From NCBI RefSeq assembly GCF_000143415.4, contig NW_003314302.1, forward strand, positions 995,820 through 1,059,819: 64,000 nucleotides of DNA, in the 5' to 3' direction. The stretch is from Selaginella moellendorffii. Its lineage: Eukaryota > Plantae > Lycopodiophyta. Both the position numbers and the translations under genes were made by a program. Shown piece by piece: positions 10,543 through 23,280 of the stretch. Within the stretch, counting starts at the first letter, position 1; each line of letters starts with the position of its first letter. The notes beneath the pieces were generated by a model. That model saw nothing but the letters and a program-made list of their open reading frames with translations, was not told where the DNA came from and did no database searches.

Positions 10543-13438
10543 ATGGCCTCCGCAAGTGCGACGCATGTTCCCTCCGTGGATCTTAAGAACCATGCTTGGA
10601 TTCAGGCAAAGGTGTTTCTAAACAACCCCGAGGGGGAGGTGGTAGCTGAGGGCTTAGCCACAATTGTCGATCCAAGAGATGCGGTTGCTAATCAAAAATT
10701 GGGCTGGGATGATATTGGAGTTGCGATTTTAGAGGTTGTTGACACAGAAGAAAACAGTCTGACTATTGGAAGCATTGTGCGGTGGAAATTGAGGCACTTA
10801 GTGTTTGAGAATGTGAAGGATTCACAATCAAACACCATTACAACTTATGACAGAACATCTCTTCATGGGAAAAGAAAGTACACGTTCCTAAAGTGCAGCC
10901 AAAGGGATCTGAGCAACGAACCGAAAAGGCAGAAAATGGCGATGGAGGTTCGAATGGTCTCGACAGTTGCTTGTTGCAAGAGGAGGTGCTGTCAACATGC
11001 TGATTGGGATGCTATTGAAGAGGAGAGAGCAAGATACAAGACATTGTCCTGGAAGGTAGCTCGCAATTTTGTGTATGAGGCATTACGGTCATCTGTTGAT
11101 GCTTCAGAACATTAGGTGGGGGGCATGGTCTTCCAGAGGGGTTTGGTCTGCATGAAGGCATGGAGAATCATTTATGGAGTCCCTCGAACCACATTCTATA
11201 GAATCAAAACTGAGTTCGAGGAACAAAGGGTTCAACAGGCAGTCCATGGGAACGACGGTACTCACAAAACCAGGGGTCATGTTGTATATGGAGAGGCAAT
11301 CTTCAAGAGGTTTGTCGAGACATGTAGCGAGCAGCAACCATATAAAACCCGCCTCTTGGAAGATGGAACTCAAGACACCCAACGAGTTCTCCCTTCCATG
11401 TATACCAAGGGGGCCATATTGGAAGATGTGAATCGGGAACTCCAGAGTAATGGCTACAGGAAGCTGAGCCAATCTAGATTTAGTAGATTGTGGAGCAACA
11501 GGTTCAGGGATGTGAGTATAGGAAAGTACTTCAGCTTTTCAAAGTGTTACGAGTGCACTGCTATCAAAATGGCTTTGTCGAAGAATTCTTGCAGCGCTCA
11601 AGAGCGAGAGACGTTGGTTAGAAGGCGGCTCGACCACAACATCGAGCAGAGAAGCTGCAGAACTGCATATTATCATAACAGGATTCTCTCCATGGAGAGA
11701 CCTGACTCTTACCTCTGCATCATCCATGACAAAATGGACCAGAAAAAGACGTGTTTACCTTGACTCAATCCTGCCCCCAAGGCAATCTCTTCATCCATGC
11801 AGCTGCCTGTGTCTCTGTTTGGCATAATCGCTCATGGGCATGGTGCCCAGAACTATGGGAACTTCTTTGTACCTCTATGGGGTGGCGGGGGTGCAAACAT
11901 GATGATTGCGTCCCTAGCAAAACACTTAAGGTCTCTGCAAAGTGCGTAGACTGAGCTGAACGGCCAACCCTTGCATAAGGCCCTTGTCGATCGAACCCCA
12001 TACAGGGTTCAGCTGGAGGAGGAGCAAAGGCTTGCAGTATCGCGTGGGGCCCCATGCCATCCCAGTGAATATGTTGGCCGTCAGATTGTAGGGTTATCAC
12101 GTGAGGCCTCATGCCATTCCGACGAGGCTGGTTGCCCGGTGAATGCACAGCCTCATCCAAACGAAGCAGAATCTCAAGGAAGTTCTTGCGGCCAATGTGG
12201 CCTTCCACCCCATCTTCTGCTCCAAACAGACAATGCTGGCAGTGAGAACAAAAACATGTACGTCTTCGCATACTTGGCGATGCTTGTTGCCAAAGGCATA
12301 TTTGAAACGGTTACACTTGGCTTTCTCATGGTTGGGCACACTCATGAAGACGTCGATGCCATGTTCAGTCACCTAGCAGAGTCCCTCCGGCGATCCAATG
12401 TCCTCACCCTCCCACAACTCTACGATGAATTCCAAAATTGCATCAAAGGCACTGTTGAAGCTGCACTTGTGACAGAGGTTCCAAAATTTAAGGGGTTTGT
12501 AAAAGGCTACATCAGAGACGGATCCGAAACGCTGATTGGCCACTCCAAGCCTCTTCAGTTTCATTTCAACATGCGTGACGGTGCTCCAGTGATGAGGTAC
12601 AAGATGAGAGAATGTGACACAGTGTGGCTGCTAGTGGACGGCATTGAACTCTTCAAGAGAGATCCCATAACTGGGGAACCTATGATTCCTCAGGGTTCCC
12701 CACGGCCGATGCACCCGGATGGACTCAAAGACCAGGAAAGTATAGTGGCCGGGATTAGACAGCATATTGCCTTCTGGAAGAGGGGGTTGGTGTTTGGTGG
12801 AGAATTCTATTTTCAGAGGTGCAAGCCTTTGCTCGAATACTGGGAGAAGATTATATCTGCTATCCAAAATGGGCCGGTTGTATATGAAGAATTGGAAGAG
12901 TCCTTTTGGCCAGAACCCAGAGCACCAGATAGTAGCGGAACAATGTCCTCTGGAAATGCAGTGACAGATAAAGATGTTGAGGATCACTATTGTGGGCCGA
13001 GGAACAAGAAGCCGGATTCAGCATTCAATCCAGTACAGGTCTGCAAAGGAATGGTCGTGCTTGTCAGACCCAGTAATAAAAAACAAATGATATGGGTGGG
13101 GCACTGCATCACTGATGTAGAGGAGGACGCGAAAACTAACTCCTTCAATGTAACTATGGAGTGGTTCAAGCCAAGTTCCGGATATACGAAGGATTGCCTA
13201 GAAAAGAGATGGGTGTTGAATCCAAGGGATCCCAGCATGAGCATATCGGTGGATAATGTTGTGCATGGTTGGATGCGGAAGTAGAGTGCCACCATCACCT
13301 TGCTAGACCATACAAGAGATGCAGCAAGAGCATTCATAACCCGGGTTCAAGGTGAGATTCATTAATATTCCTTTACTAAGTTTCTAATGTATTTTATTTC
13401 AAGGTGAACAATCCGAATCTGAATCAGAGGAGGCGTGA
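10543..13438 (+). pseudogene. DDD-type transposase (Sola1-like motifs) with Cys-rich N-terminal region, inactivated by four C>T-type nonsense changes
   Basis: ORFs 10543, 11116 and 11971 share one frame. Motifs: CCKRRCC, CMKAW..IYG, FSKCYEC, IIHDKMDQKKTCLP, LQTDNAGSENKN, FLMVGHTHEDVDAMFS. Stops TAG 11113, TGA 11761, TAG 11947, TAG 13282. Terminal intron 13352-13403. Confidence 0.75.
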
Positions 13439-16255
13439 TGGCATGTGGCCCTTTGCACTAGTATATCTTAATACCGGTCTGAGAAATAGAATGGCATGTG
13501 CCCTCAGGCCTTTTACTAAATCACCTTTGAAAGAAATGCAAGCCTCTATGTCGTAAAAAAAAGGTACTAGAGAAATTCCTTAATAATATGAATGTTATTT
13601 AGTTTCATGAAAATACACTAAGGGTCAAATGAGTTAAATGACTTCTCCAGACTAGCAATGCCTCTTGCTACACCTTCACAATTAGATTCGTTAGAAAAAG
13701 ATAACATTGAATAATATCTAAATGTTCTCACCATTAAGTTATATGTCTGGCTAATAGGAATGATGTTCATCTTGGAAAGCTCACCACACGCTCAATGAAC
13801 AAACAAATAGTGTGTGCGCGCATGCCATCGCTCTTCTTTAGCTTCAGATTCGTCTTGTTCACCTTGACAATGAGATTTATTATACAACCAGATGGACTCA
13901 GTCTGGACACAAAGTCACCGCGCTAGTCACTATGCCCCAGATATGTCTAGCCCCTGGACAAAAAACATATAATTTCACATCATTTTCAAATACTTGAAAA
14001 TTTGTCCCAATTAATCCCATTTTACTGAATAAATCCCACTTTAACAAAATAGAGCATCAATGAGGATATTGATTTTCCTTAAGGGGGGAGAGTGTCATAA
14101 ATGTGACTTTGGGTATCGAAAGATACTTATCAGGCAATCCTTACAAACACTCTCGCTTTACAATGGTAGGAGGTCAGTATTGTTAGTTCCCTTTATTAGC
14201 CTCTTTTAGCATCTATACTTAGCTAGATGAATGTAAAGGAGGAACTTCTATATGTTTTTTGCTGAGCATTCTCGGCTTGGCTTTTAGTTCTCTTTTACTT
14301 TGTCTTATACTAGCTTGGCAAGAACCCTTGCATATTGAGTCTAGTCTCTTAATATTGCTATATGATAGCTTATTGTATCCGCTAGACACCTTTGCTATCA
14401 TGCCCCATGTATTAATTTTATACCAGATCCATATGATATTTATGGTAAGTGTCTAAATCTGCTCAAGAAGCATATCTACAAAGTGTAGAGAGTGTTTTAA
14501 ACCCCATGGTGTTATTTCCATATCCTAATTCACAATTTAGTGCTATTTCATATTTAGTAAGTTTTCATTAGTGTCCCAACTAGGGTGAAAACCTAAATCA
14601 TGTGTTCCTCAAGGAAGGGTAGAGGGCAGCAGTGTAATGCACGTGGTTTTCATCTTTTATTCTATGATGATTTATTATAGGATAACTATGAAGTGGAACC
14701 TAGACCCTCAATGTGCCATGTGCCACGTGTTCAAAGGCAATAGAGTAGAACTCAAGTTTTAGAGGTTTGGGTCACTGAATGAAAAGACGGAGCCAAACTC
14801 CCAAACATAAAACCTAGGAGTGAAGGAAGAAAAGCATGGAATGACTTTTGAGCGTACAGCCTAAGGAGTGAAGGGATAGGGGCATGAAGTGACTTGGAAC
14901 AATTTTAAAGCATCTAACATCCCAATGCTAGGATTAACATTTTGTCACTAGCCAATGCAAAACACAATGAGACAAGAACTCCTTACCAAACTAAGTTTGC
15001 TTAGTTAATAGCATATAGGAATTTCTTCCTTATGCTCATCTAGTTTAAGTACATAACTCCATTAGCATAAAAGGGACTAATAAAGAATCCAGTAATATCA
15101 ACCTCTTGTTTTGTGATATATAATGCATGTGCTTTTCACCCTTAGCCACCCTTAGTACTAAGAGTTAGTCTCTAGGACAAGCTTAAAACATACCAAATAT
15201 TCTAAATATTAATAATCCAAATTATTAAATGCTAAATATTAATAATCCAAGACTCTACATTGCGAATTTAGAGATCGGACCAACACCATTGTGTTCAAGA
15301 TAATCTCTACATTTTGTAGATATACCAAATTAGCAAGTCTAGACACTTTCCATAAATTGTAATTGGGACTAGATAGGACTAACATAAAGGGGATGATAGC
15401 GAGGGTGTTTGGCAGACACGATAAACTATCATCTAACAATATTAAGGGACTAATCTCAATATGCAAGTTCTTATCATGCCAGTACAAGACAGAGCAGAAG
15501 AGAACTAAGAGCTAGGCCAAGTATACTTAGTAAGAAACTGTAAGTGACTAATTTTTCCATTTTACTTTAGTCATTTAATCACACCTCCAACCACTTGAAA
15601 GAGGCTCACTCAGAACCTCCATAAGTCTTATTTTGGACTTAGGGACTTGCTAGCCCTGTGAATGGCATCTATGCCATTCAGCCTTTGCACTTGGTCCAAG
15701 TGCTCCACATGTCCAATCCCATGACTGACACCCAAAGGTACCATTGACATATCGGTCCATTATGTTAAAGCCATGCCTATTCACCTTTGTCACATTAGTA
15801 ATCCAAGACCATCTACATCATAATCTTGTCTCTCAAACACTGGGCCATCTATCCATGAGTGGTCATCCCTTGACCACACCTTAGCACCCTTAGGATGCCT
15901 CGAGACATAAAAAACACCCTTACCCAATGTCCCTTCTTCCATCCCCACTAAATCCCTCTCTATCCACAGATATACTCGCCAACACTACCACCCCAAAGGC
16001 CTAACCATTACATCCCACTAACCTTTAGGATTTCCTCACCATGTGACCGTATCCTTGGTCATTATAGCAGAGGATTATTCCTCTTCCTTTCCATAGTTTG
16101 GGACTTTGAGATGACATTTTGAAACACTATAGCCCTACACAAATCTCATGGGTACTCTCCCCACCTTTTGCCTTTAGGTATCTTGTTTATTTGTCTATAT
16201 TCACTTTAGCCTTGGACTCCTCAATAGATATATCATCACCCAACACGTGGATATA

Positions 16256-16755
16256 TGTAAGCTCTTGAATTTGAACTTCCCGGGAGGTCATCTAACCTAG
16301 TACTATTCAAACCCAAGGACACTTTACCCCAATTATCCCAAGACCCTTAACCGATTAGAAAAGGGGGTGCACTCTTGTTCATGGGCCCTCGTGAGCAGAA
16401 GCTGAGAGTTGCAGCTCTCTCGAGAGCCCCGCTCTCTTGACACCCTACCTCTCGGGTCGAGCCCAGCGGAAGCAAACTGGACCTACTAGATGTCAATCAG
16501 CATATAGTGTGATTCCCCTAGCCAACCAACAGAGTCGGACCCGAAACCTCTTTGATACTAAATGTAAGCTCCTGAATTTGAACTTCCCGAGAGGTCACCC
16601 AACCCAGTACTATTCAAACCCAAGGACGTTTAACCTCAATATCCCAAAACCCTTAACCGATTGGAAAAGGGGGTGCACTCTTGTTCATGGCCCTTGCCCT
16701 CTATATTTGAACCCCTATGGATCGTCTCTCAAGTCGTTCCCTTTGGTTGCTTATA
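16256..16755 (-). mobile_element. Cassandra-type TRIM (5S-derived LTRs, one LTR partly deleted)
   Basis: The LTR minus strand contains GTTAAGCGT.CTTGGG...AGTACTGGGTTGGGTGACCTC.CGGGAAG (5S rRNA A/C-box region). PBS-like sequence at ~16550-16560. TSD ATATA/GTATA. Confidence 0.85.
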
Positions 16756-16989
16756 GTATAACTTTCCTTGGTCACACTAGCCTTTTCTAGCTAAACTAAC
16801 TCCACTAGAGTCCTCCCCCTACTATACTTTTGAAGCTCACCAAACCCCCTAGGGTATGGGAGGTGAACGCTTTGGGCTTTCACCCTCAGACTTAGACTTA
16901 GACTCAAACTCAGACTCGGTCTCAGTCTCTTTCTTGGCCTTGACCTCGGACTCTATCTCAAGTCCATCTCGGACTCGACATCAGACTCC

Positions 16990-17183
16990 TGTAAGCTCCT
17001 AAGTTTGGACTTCTCGGGAGGTCACCCAGCCTAGTACTATTCAAACCCGAGGACGCTTAACCCCAAATATCCCAAGACCCTTAACCGATTGGAAAAGGAA
17101 GTGCACTCTTGTTCATGGGCCCTTTCCCTCTATATTTAAACCCTATGGACCGTCTCTCAAGTCGTTCTCTTTGGTTGCTTACA
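16990..17183 (-). mobile_element. Cassandra solo LTR
   Basis: TGTAAGC...GCTTACA, 194 bp, 5S-like core, perfect TSD ACTCC. Confidence 0.9.
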
Positions 17184-20100
17184 ACTCCATCTCGAACACT
17201 ATCTTGGGTCTATCTTGGACTCCATCTTGGGTCCATCTCAGACTCTATCTTGAGTCCATCTCAAACTTCATCTTGGGTCCATCTCAAACTTGTTTGGACT
17301 AAAAGTTTTGACTTGGACAGTCAAGAGTGGGTGTGGAATTCCTAATGAAGTGCTTGAGGAATGAGCATGAAGCAAACAGTAAGTGAGTTTTTAGAAAAGG
17401 GACACAAGAAGACCAATACATAGCATGTGGAAGTGTCGAGACAAAATCTAAAATGAAGTATGAGAAGGATTTTGAGATGGACCTAAGATGGAGTCCAATA
17501 TAAACTTGTTATGCTTGTTTGGCTGCCGCTTCAGCCATTACCACGTGACACCCTTTCAGCTCCACTTTGGGGCTTAGGGATTTGTGTCTCATAGAAACAC
17601 ATAGAAGTTCTTACCTTATATTCATTTGACTAAGCTCAGTTTACTAATACTTGAACAAAAGGGACTAATAAAAGGTGTACTAATATTGATCTTCTATTGT
17701 CGTGGCAGTAAGGAAAGAATATCTGAAAGGACTAACCGATAGGTAGTTTTTGATACCCGCAGTCACATTCACGACACTCTCCACCCCTTAGGGAAGATCG
17801 ACATCCTCGTTAATGCATACTCTAGTCTAAATCACTGCCAAGGAAACAACTTTAGAAAAAGTTTATAGTATTCACACTTTGTGAGAAATGCACAAACTTA
17901 AATGAGTTAGGGTAACCTTTTCATTTAATGCAAATGTGCTACAACTCAGACACCTCCCAACCATCGCTGATAAGGAAATGACCAACAAAGTTAGCCACCC
18001 TAGCTACTCTGGGTGTCACCTAGTTTACAAAAATGTGATATACCCTTGCCTGCAAAGACATAAAGAGAGAAGCTAAAGGCCCCAACCCTCATGAGTAAAG
18101 AAACTAAATCTATTGGTAAAGTTTAGATAGACTATTGTAAAGGTAGTTAAAGTTGTTTACACTGTCACACTCTTTTAACAAAATAAAAAATATTGACAAA
18201 GAGGTAGATAATGTGACCAGTTGATAGTAACTACCCCATGACTAAAGATTTCACCATGCATACAAAATGCCAAAGCTAATCTACTTATATTGGCCCAAAG
18301 TCAAAGATCAATAAATGGACAATATCAAAGTCAAAGACAATGATATCTTAGAGATTAAATTATCAGTGAATAAATCTTAGGTTATAATACAAAAGTATTC
18401 CAAGTGAGTTACCATATGATAAACTAGTATTATAGGATAGGAACCATCAAGATCATTAAAGGTTAAGGTTATAGAAGTAACCATCTAATAAAATTTAATA
18501 GTAAATATATCATTAAAAAAATGCAATGATAAAACTTAACTATCAAAGATTGTAGATAGTATGCCAAACAACTTATGAAAGACAACTAAAAGAACATAAA
18601 ATATGATCAATTGCCAAATAAAATACTTGCAAATGTATCACGTGAAGGAAATAAAATTGAATCTATTAGAAGCAATTGTAACAACAATCAATAGAACAGA
18701 ATAAATATTGCAAAGTAAATAAACACTTATTCATGCCAACTATCACACTAGCTAATTTGAATAGATTCCAATCAATAATACCAAGGAACCAGAGTTGCTC
18801 AAGCAAGTGTTAGTAACATCCTATTGATATTTTAAACCCAAAAGACCAATCCAAAGCAAACCACAAAGAATATGTGAAAAACCATAATCCATCAAAGAGA
18901 ACAACTAACTATAAAAAAAAATCATCAATCATTCTATCAATAAAGAGATGCATAATCATCATCAAAGAAATAATCTACCATTCTACAAAATGGCAAATCA
19001 TTCAATACCAACAATAATCAAGAAAAACCTTTAACAAAGATAATCAATTATCCTAGATGATAGTTAATCATCACCAATGATTGTCAGATGTAAAATACTA
19101 ACTTTAATATTAGCCTAAAATGAAATTAATAATAAAACTAATGAGCCAAATGCCTTCCCCAACAATTTCTAATAAATAGACAATGAACATAAAACTCAAA
19201 GAACCAAAAGTTTTTAAAAGTTTATAGCCAAGTCTTGCCTAATAATGATCATAAGTTTTATATAAACTAACATTAGTGTCAAAAAGAAATCACAGTACAA
19301 CTCACAATATCCTCTTCAACACATTCAAAAGTTAAACTTTATAATGCAAAAGCTAATGAAATGCATATCCACATCAATCCAAAAGCCAAACATAATGAAA
19401 CTATGCTCAACAAATGATCATCAAATTATCCTTCATGAATTCATCCTCTACAATACGATATAACTCACTTCATAACAAGCATAAAAAGAATTATCAATAA
19501 TTGATATATCCTCAACTCAAATTCAATAAGGAACCAACAATTTAATATCGATCACTAACTCTTTCTTTGGTAAAGCTAATATAATGCACAATTAAATCAC
19601 TTTTCAATGAAAAGCCAAAGCTCAACCCTTATAAAACAATCTCATCTAGAACACAACTAACTCAATTTGCTATTTATCTCGTTTGAATGTCAATATAGTT
19701 GCTAATTAGCAAATGTAGAATGTCAATAACACAAAGCTAAAGCCAAATTATTAACATTATCACATTGATGCCTTGTTGTTAACATTATTGATGTTGAGGT
19801 TTGTGTGAAATGAGATGTCTCTCTATAGAATTCATATTAAGTTTCATTAGTCTCACTTCAATGCCATTAACACCATAACAAAGCTAAAAAAAAGTAAGAG
19901 TCAATCACCACTCAAACTCTTTAATAACTAAACTAACCAAAGTCAAAAATACCTTAGTCAATATCCAAGACTAATTCTTCAATAATACTCAGTTATAGAT
20001 AACATATTATCAAGGAATGAATTACCATATCCAAGATTTAATATAATCCAACCCCACAAACTAAACACAACCAAATAATATTGACAAAAATGGAGTCAAT

Positions 20101-23100
20101 ATACCAACATGGAAAATCATGAAAGCCCACGTGATAATCCTTTGCAACACTATCCAATAAAACAAGTTTATCACTACTAAATCATCATCAAGCAAATCAA
20201 GTATTACCAATCCTTATCAAAGTCTACAAACAATCATTAGTTACAAAGCAACTAATAATCATTTGTCAACTTGCCTTTACAAGACCCAGACATTAAACTT
20301 ATGTCATCGTGTTATATATTTGTCCAACATGAAAGTAACACTCTAGGTACCATAAAGGTTCATAGACAAGCATGGACTAAATTTCCAACTCAACCACAAT
20401 AAGATCATTGACACGTTTATCTAGTAGCTCTAAGCATGCCTTGAAGAGGTTAGGTATACATGATCATCACTAAGTTGAAACTAAAGTATAAACCATAAGA
20501 TGGACTCATATGGTACATAACCTCCTCACAGACAAAGCTATAATATAGGTACCAATACTTCAACTTCAAACAACTAAGTTGGAATCATTAACCTCAACCA
20601 ATGCCCAAGACTACCAAGACCAAGTTAGGATCAGTAACAATTCATTACTCTCATAGAGTATAATGAAATGCAAAGTGCAATCTACCACCAAACATAAGGT
20701 TACAGAAGAAAGGCACAAAGGTCACCTTTCTAGAAAAGTGTAGTGACCACTGTTTTACACGAACTCCAAACTCTATCCAACTCAATGGTATAGCCCCAAA
20801 AGTTAACATCCCTTTTAAGTCACATTATACAAACTACCTACTAAGGTTTAAGCCAACCAAAGTCAACTCTAACCTTTTCATTAGTTTGTATTGGTTTTTG
20901 AAAACAAAATGGTTTTTGAGCAAAATAATCAATAAATTAGCCATTAGAAAGTCTAAGAAAATTGTGGAAAAATTTCCAACCTAAATAAAGAATGACTCTT
21001 AGTCTAAAAATGCAAACTCTTAAAACTCAATCAACTTCCTCTTATCTACAACTTCACATAAATTCACCTTAATATAAATTCTTATGACTCAATAGTATGT
21101 GTAAACATTGAACATCATGCCCATTTTATTTGACATCGAACATTGACATCTGTAAAATGTAAAAGGAACATCCAAGACTCAATTATAAAGACCATATCTT
21201 TGGATATCCACATTGCATTATCACTTTTCTTCAATCATTTTCAAACTTTAATATAAAGACAAAACACTAAAAAAAAAATGACATGGAAAATCAAACTCTA
21301 AAGAAAGTTCTTCATCACTCAACATAACAATGCCACCTCCACTAACATAAGTGTTAACAAAGTTAATACGTTAGCTACACATCTTCTCCATTTAATAATT
21401 TACTCCAAGTGCGAATAGATCAAGTAACAAGTTATAGCAAATGAATGCTACAACCCTTTCTAACAATTTAATGGGCAAATTCTCAAAAAACAAAGGTACC
21501 AATTTAAGTTTAGCATAATGAATCATCATTGAAAATCTAATTAAATTTATTACAATGCTATTACATACAAATAGATTAGCTTCATTATCAACTACTTTAG
21601 GGTTGATTATCGTTTAACCAAACAACTTCGCAACACATTGTTCACTATCACATAAATATGATATAAAAATGATAATGACTTAACCATAAATTGAGTAACA
21701 CCACAAGCAATGCTTATATCACTACTACAAAGGTTTATATGAGTATCAAGTGTCAACTCAATTTGACAAAATGCAATATAAATGCCACACCCACAAATAA
21801 AGATTTCCAACACCTAACACCACTAACTTTTGTTCATAATACAGACAAACTCATACCACTCTCTATTCAACCAAACTCAAAGCTAATTTAACACCAAGAT
21901 ACTCAAAGAGCACTAGCAAAGTTCTAAAAGAATTAAACATTGTAACCAAGCCTTCAATAGCAAACCTAAACAAAATGGTTTAGCACTTTATTGCTATCCA
22001 TCCCACAACTTACCACTTGTAAGCCAACATGTATTAAGATAGGGATTCTTGATTGCATGATGTGAACATAAGCAATGAGTTAATGTCTCATTGTAAATCA
22101 TACAATGAGCTAACACCTCATTGTAAATCATATCTCCAAGAAGAAAAAGTGATTTATGTATTTGATCTTTCGTCCTTGATAACTTTTTTTTAAGCTTCAT
22201 CTTGATTAAACCTCAAACTTGCATTTGCACTATATTCAGTCCAATCTAAGAATAGTTTATAAAAGAGCACGACAATGATTACTTGAACCAAAAGATTAAT
22301 CCCTACAGTCTTGATTGATCTACTTATAATCATGCCTAGGAAGAATCCATTAATGCCATGCTAAACAACTATGGATTAGTCTATTTACCACTCATAACAA
22401 ACCCAAGAGAGGTTTACTTTTTCTCACAGTAACATGGAACAACTTGTAGAACCACTGGAACAACTCATGGAATCACCAATAAGCTAATATTAATCTTGCC
22501 AACTTAAAGTGCAACTTTGAGTTGTTAATGTGCCTCACTCATGAGCCCAAGCACAAACTTGTGCAAAAGGTACACCTCAAATCCATCCTATAAGCCCAAG
22601 TGCAAGTTCATACAATCTAGTCTGAAAAAGTAACTAAAGTCCATACCCAAGGAATAAATGCGAAGTTTTAGCACCCAAATGTATACCCACTTGGATTATC
22701 GTTTTCATCTTTGTATATATAACGAGATTAGTTGCCCAATCTCATTGGATAGTACTTGCTAAGACTTATCCTTTGATACCAAATATAGCTCATGTGATTT
22801 TCACCCTTAGCCACCCTTAGTATAGGATAAGCTTGAAAATTACTAAATATAGAATGACTCTAGATTGCGAATTTGGAAATAGGACTAACACCATTATGTT
22901 CAAGAGAATCTCTATATTTTGTAAATATACCAAATTACCAAATCTAGAGACTTTCCATAAATAGTAATTGGGACTGAATAGGATTAACACAAAAGGCACG
23001 ATAGCAAGGGTGTTTGGCAGACACAATAAATTATCATCTGGTAATATTGAGAGACTAGTCTCAATACATAAGGATTCTTATCAAGTCAGTGCAAGATAGA

Positions 23101-23280
23101 GCACAAGAGAACTAAGAGCTAGGCCAAGTATGCTTAGTAAGAAATACATAGGAGTTCCTACCTTATATTTATCTAGCTAAATATAAATGCTAAGCCTAGT
23201 TTATTAACACTTGAATAAGAGGGATTGATAAAGGGTTTAGCAATACCAACCTCCTACCATCGTGATAGTAAGGAAATAAT

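Larger units (their letters stand above)
3575..13512. repeat. Dispersed 22-bp pseudo-palindrome ATGGCRTG-W-GGCC-W-CAYGCCAT (~17 copies)
   Basis: Copies start at 3575 (perfect palindrome), 4814, 5005, 5146, 6644, 7921, 7981, 8058, 9485, 9557, 10271, 10369, 10439, 12039, 12096, 13438 and 13491, with a weak one at 10248. Confidence 0.9.
3522..13520. mobile_element. DNA-transposon-like element with divergent transposase and ParB/MTase-fold genes (left end cut off by the LTR insertion, termini not identified)
   Basis: Transposase-like gene at 10543-13438 (+), cargo gene at 3522-7886 (-), and a 22-bp palindrome found only in this interval. Confidence 0.7.
15539..17593 (-). mobile_element. Solo LTR of the 1576-3521 family
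   Basis: Reverse-complement homology to 1576-3521. TSD GAAAC at 15534-15538 and 17594-17598. Confidence 0.8.

Noticed and set aside
3575-13512. CRISPR-array interpretation of the palindromic repeats
   Set aside because: Spacing is irregular (53 bp to 1.6 kb), the copies are degenerate and intronic, there are no cas genes, and the context is eukaryotic.
13520-14080. Right terminal inverted repeat of the DNA element
   Set aside because: The left end is displaced out of the window by the LTR insertion, so no TIR or TSD pair can be verified.
17790-22770. Protein-coding genes in the AT-rich tract
   Set aside because: Only short spurious ORFs. It is the decayed interior of an LTR element with no domain recognisable by eye.
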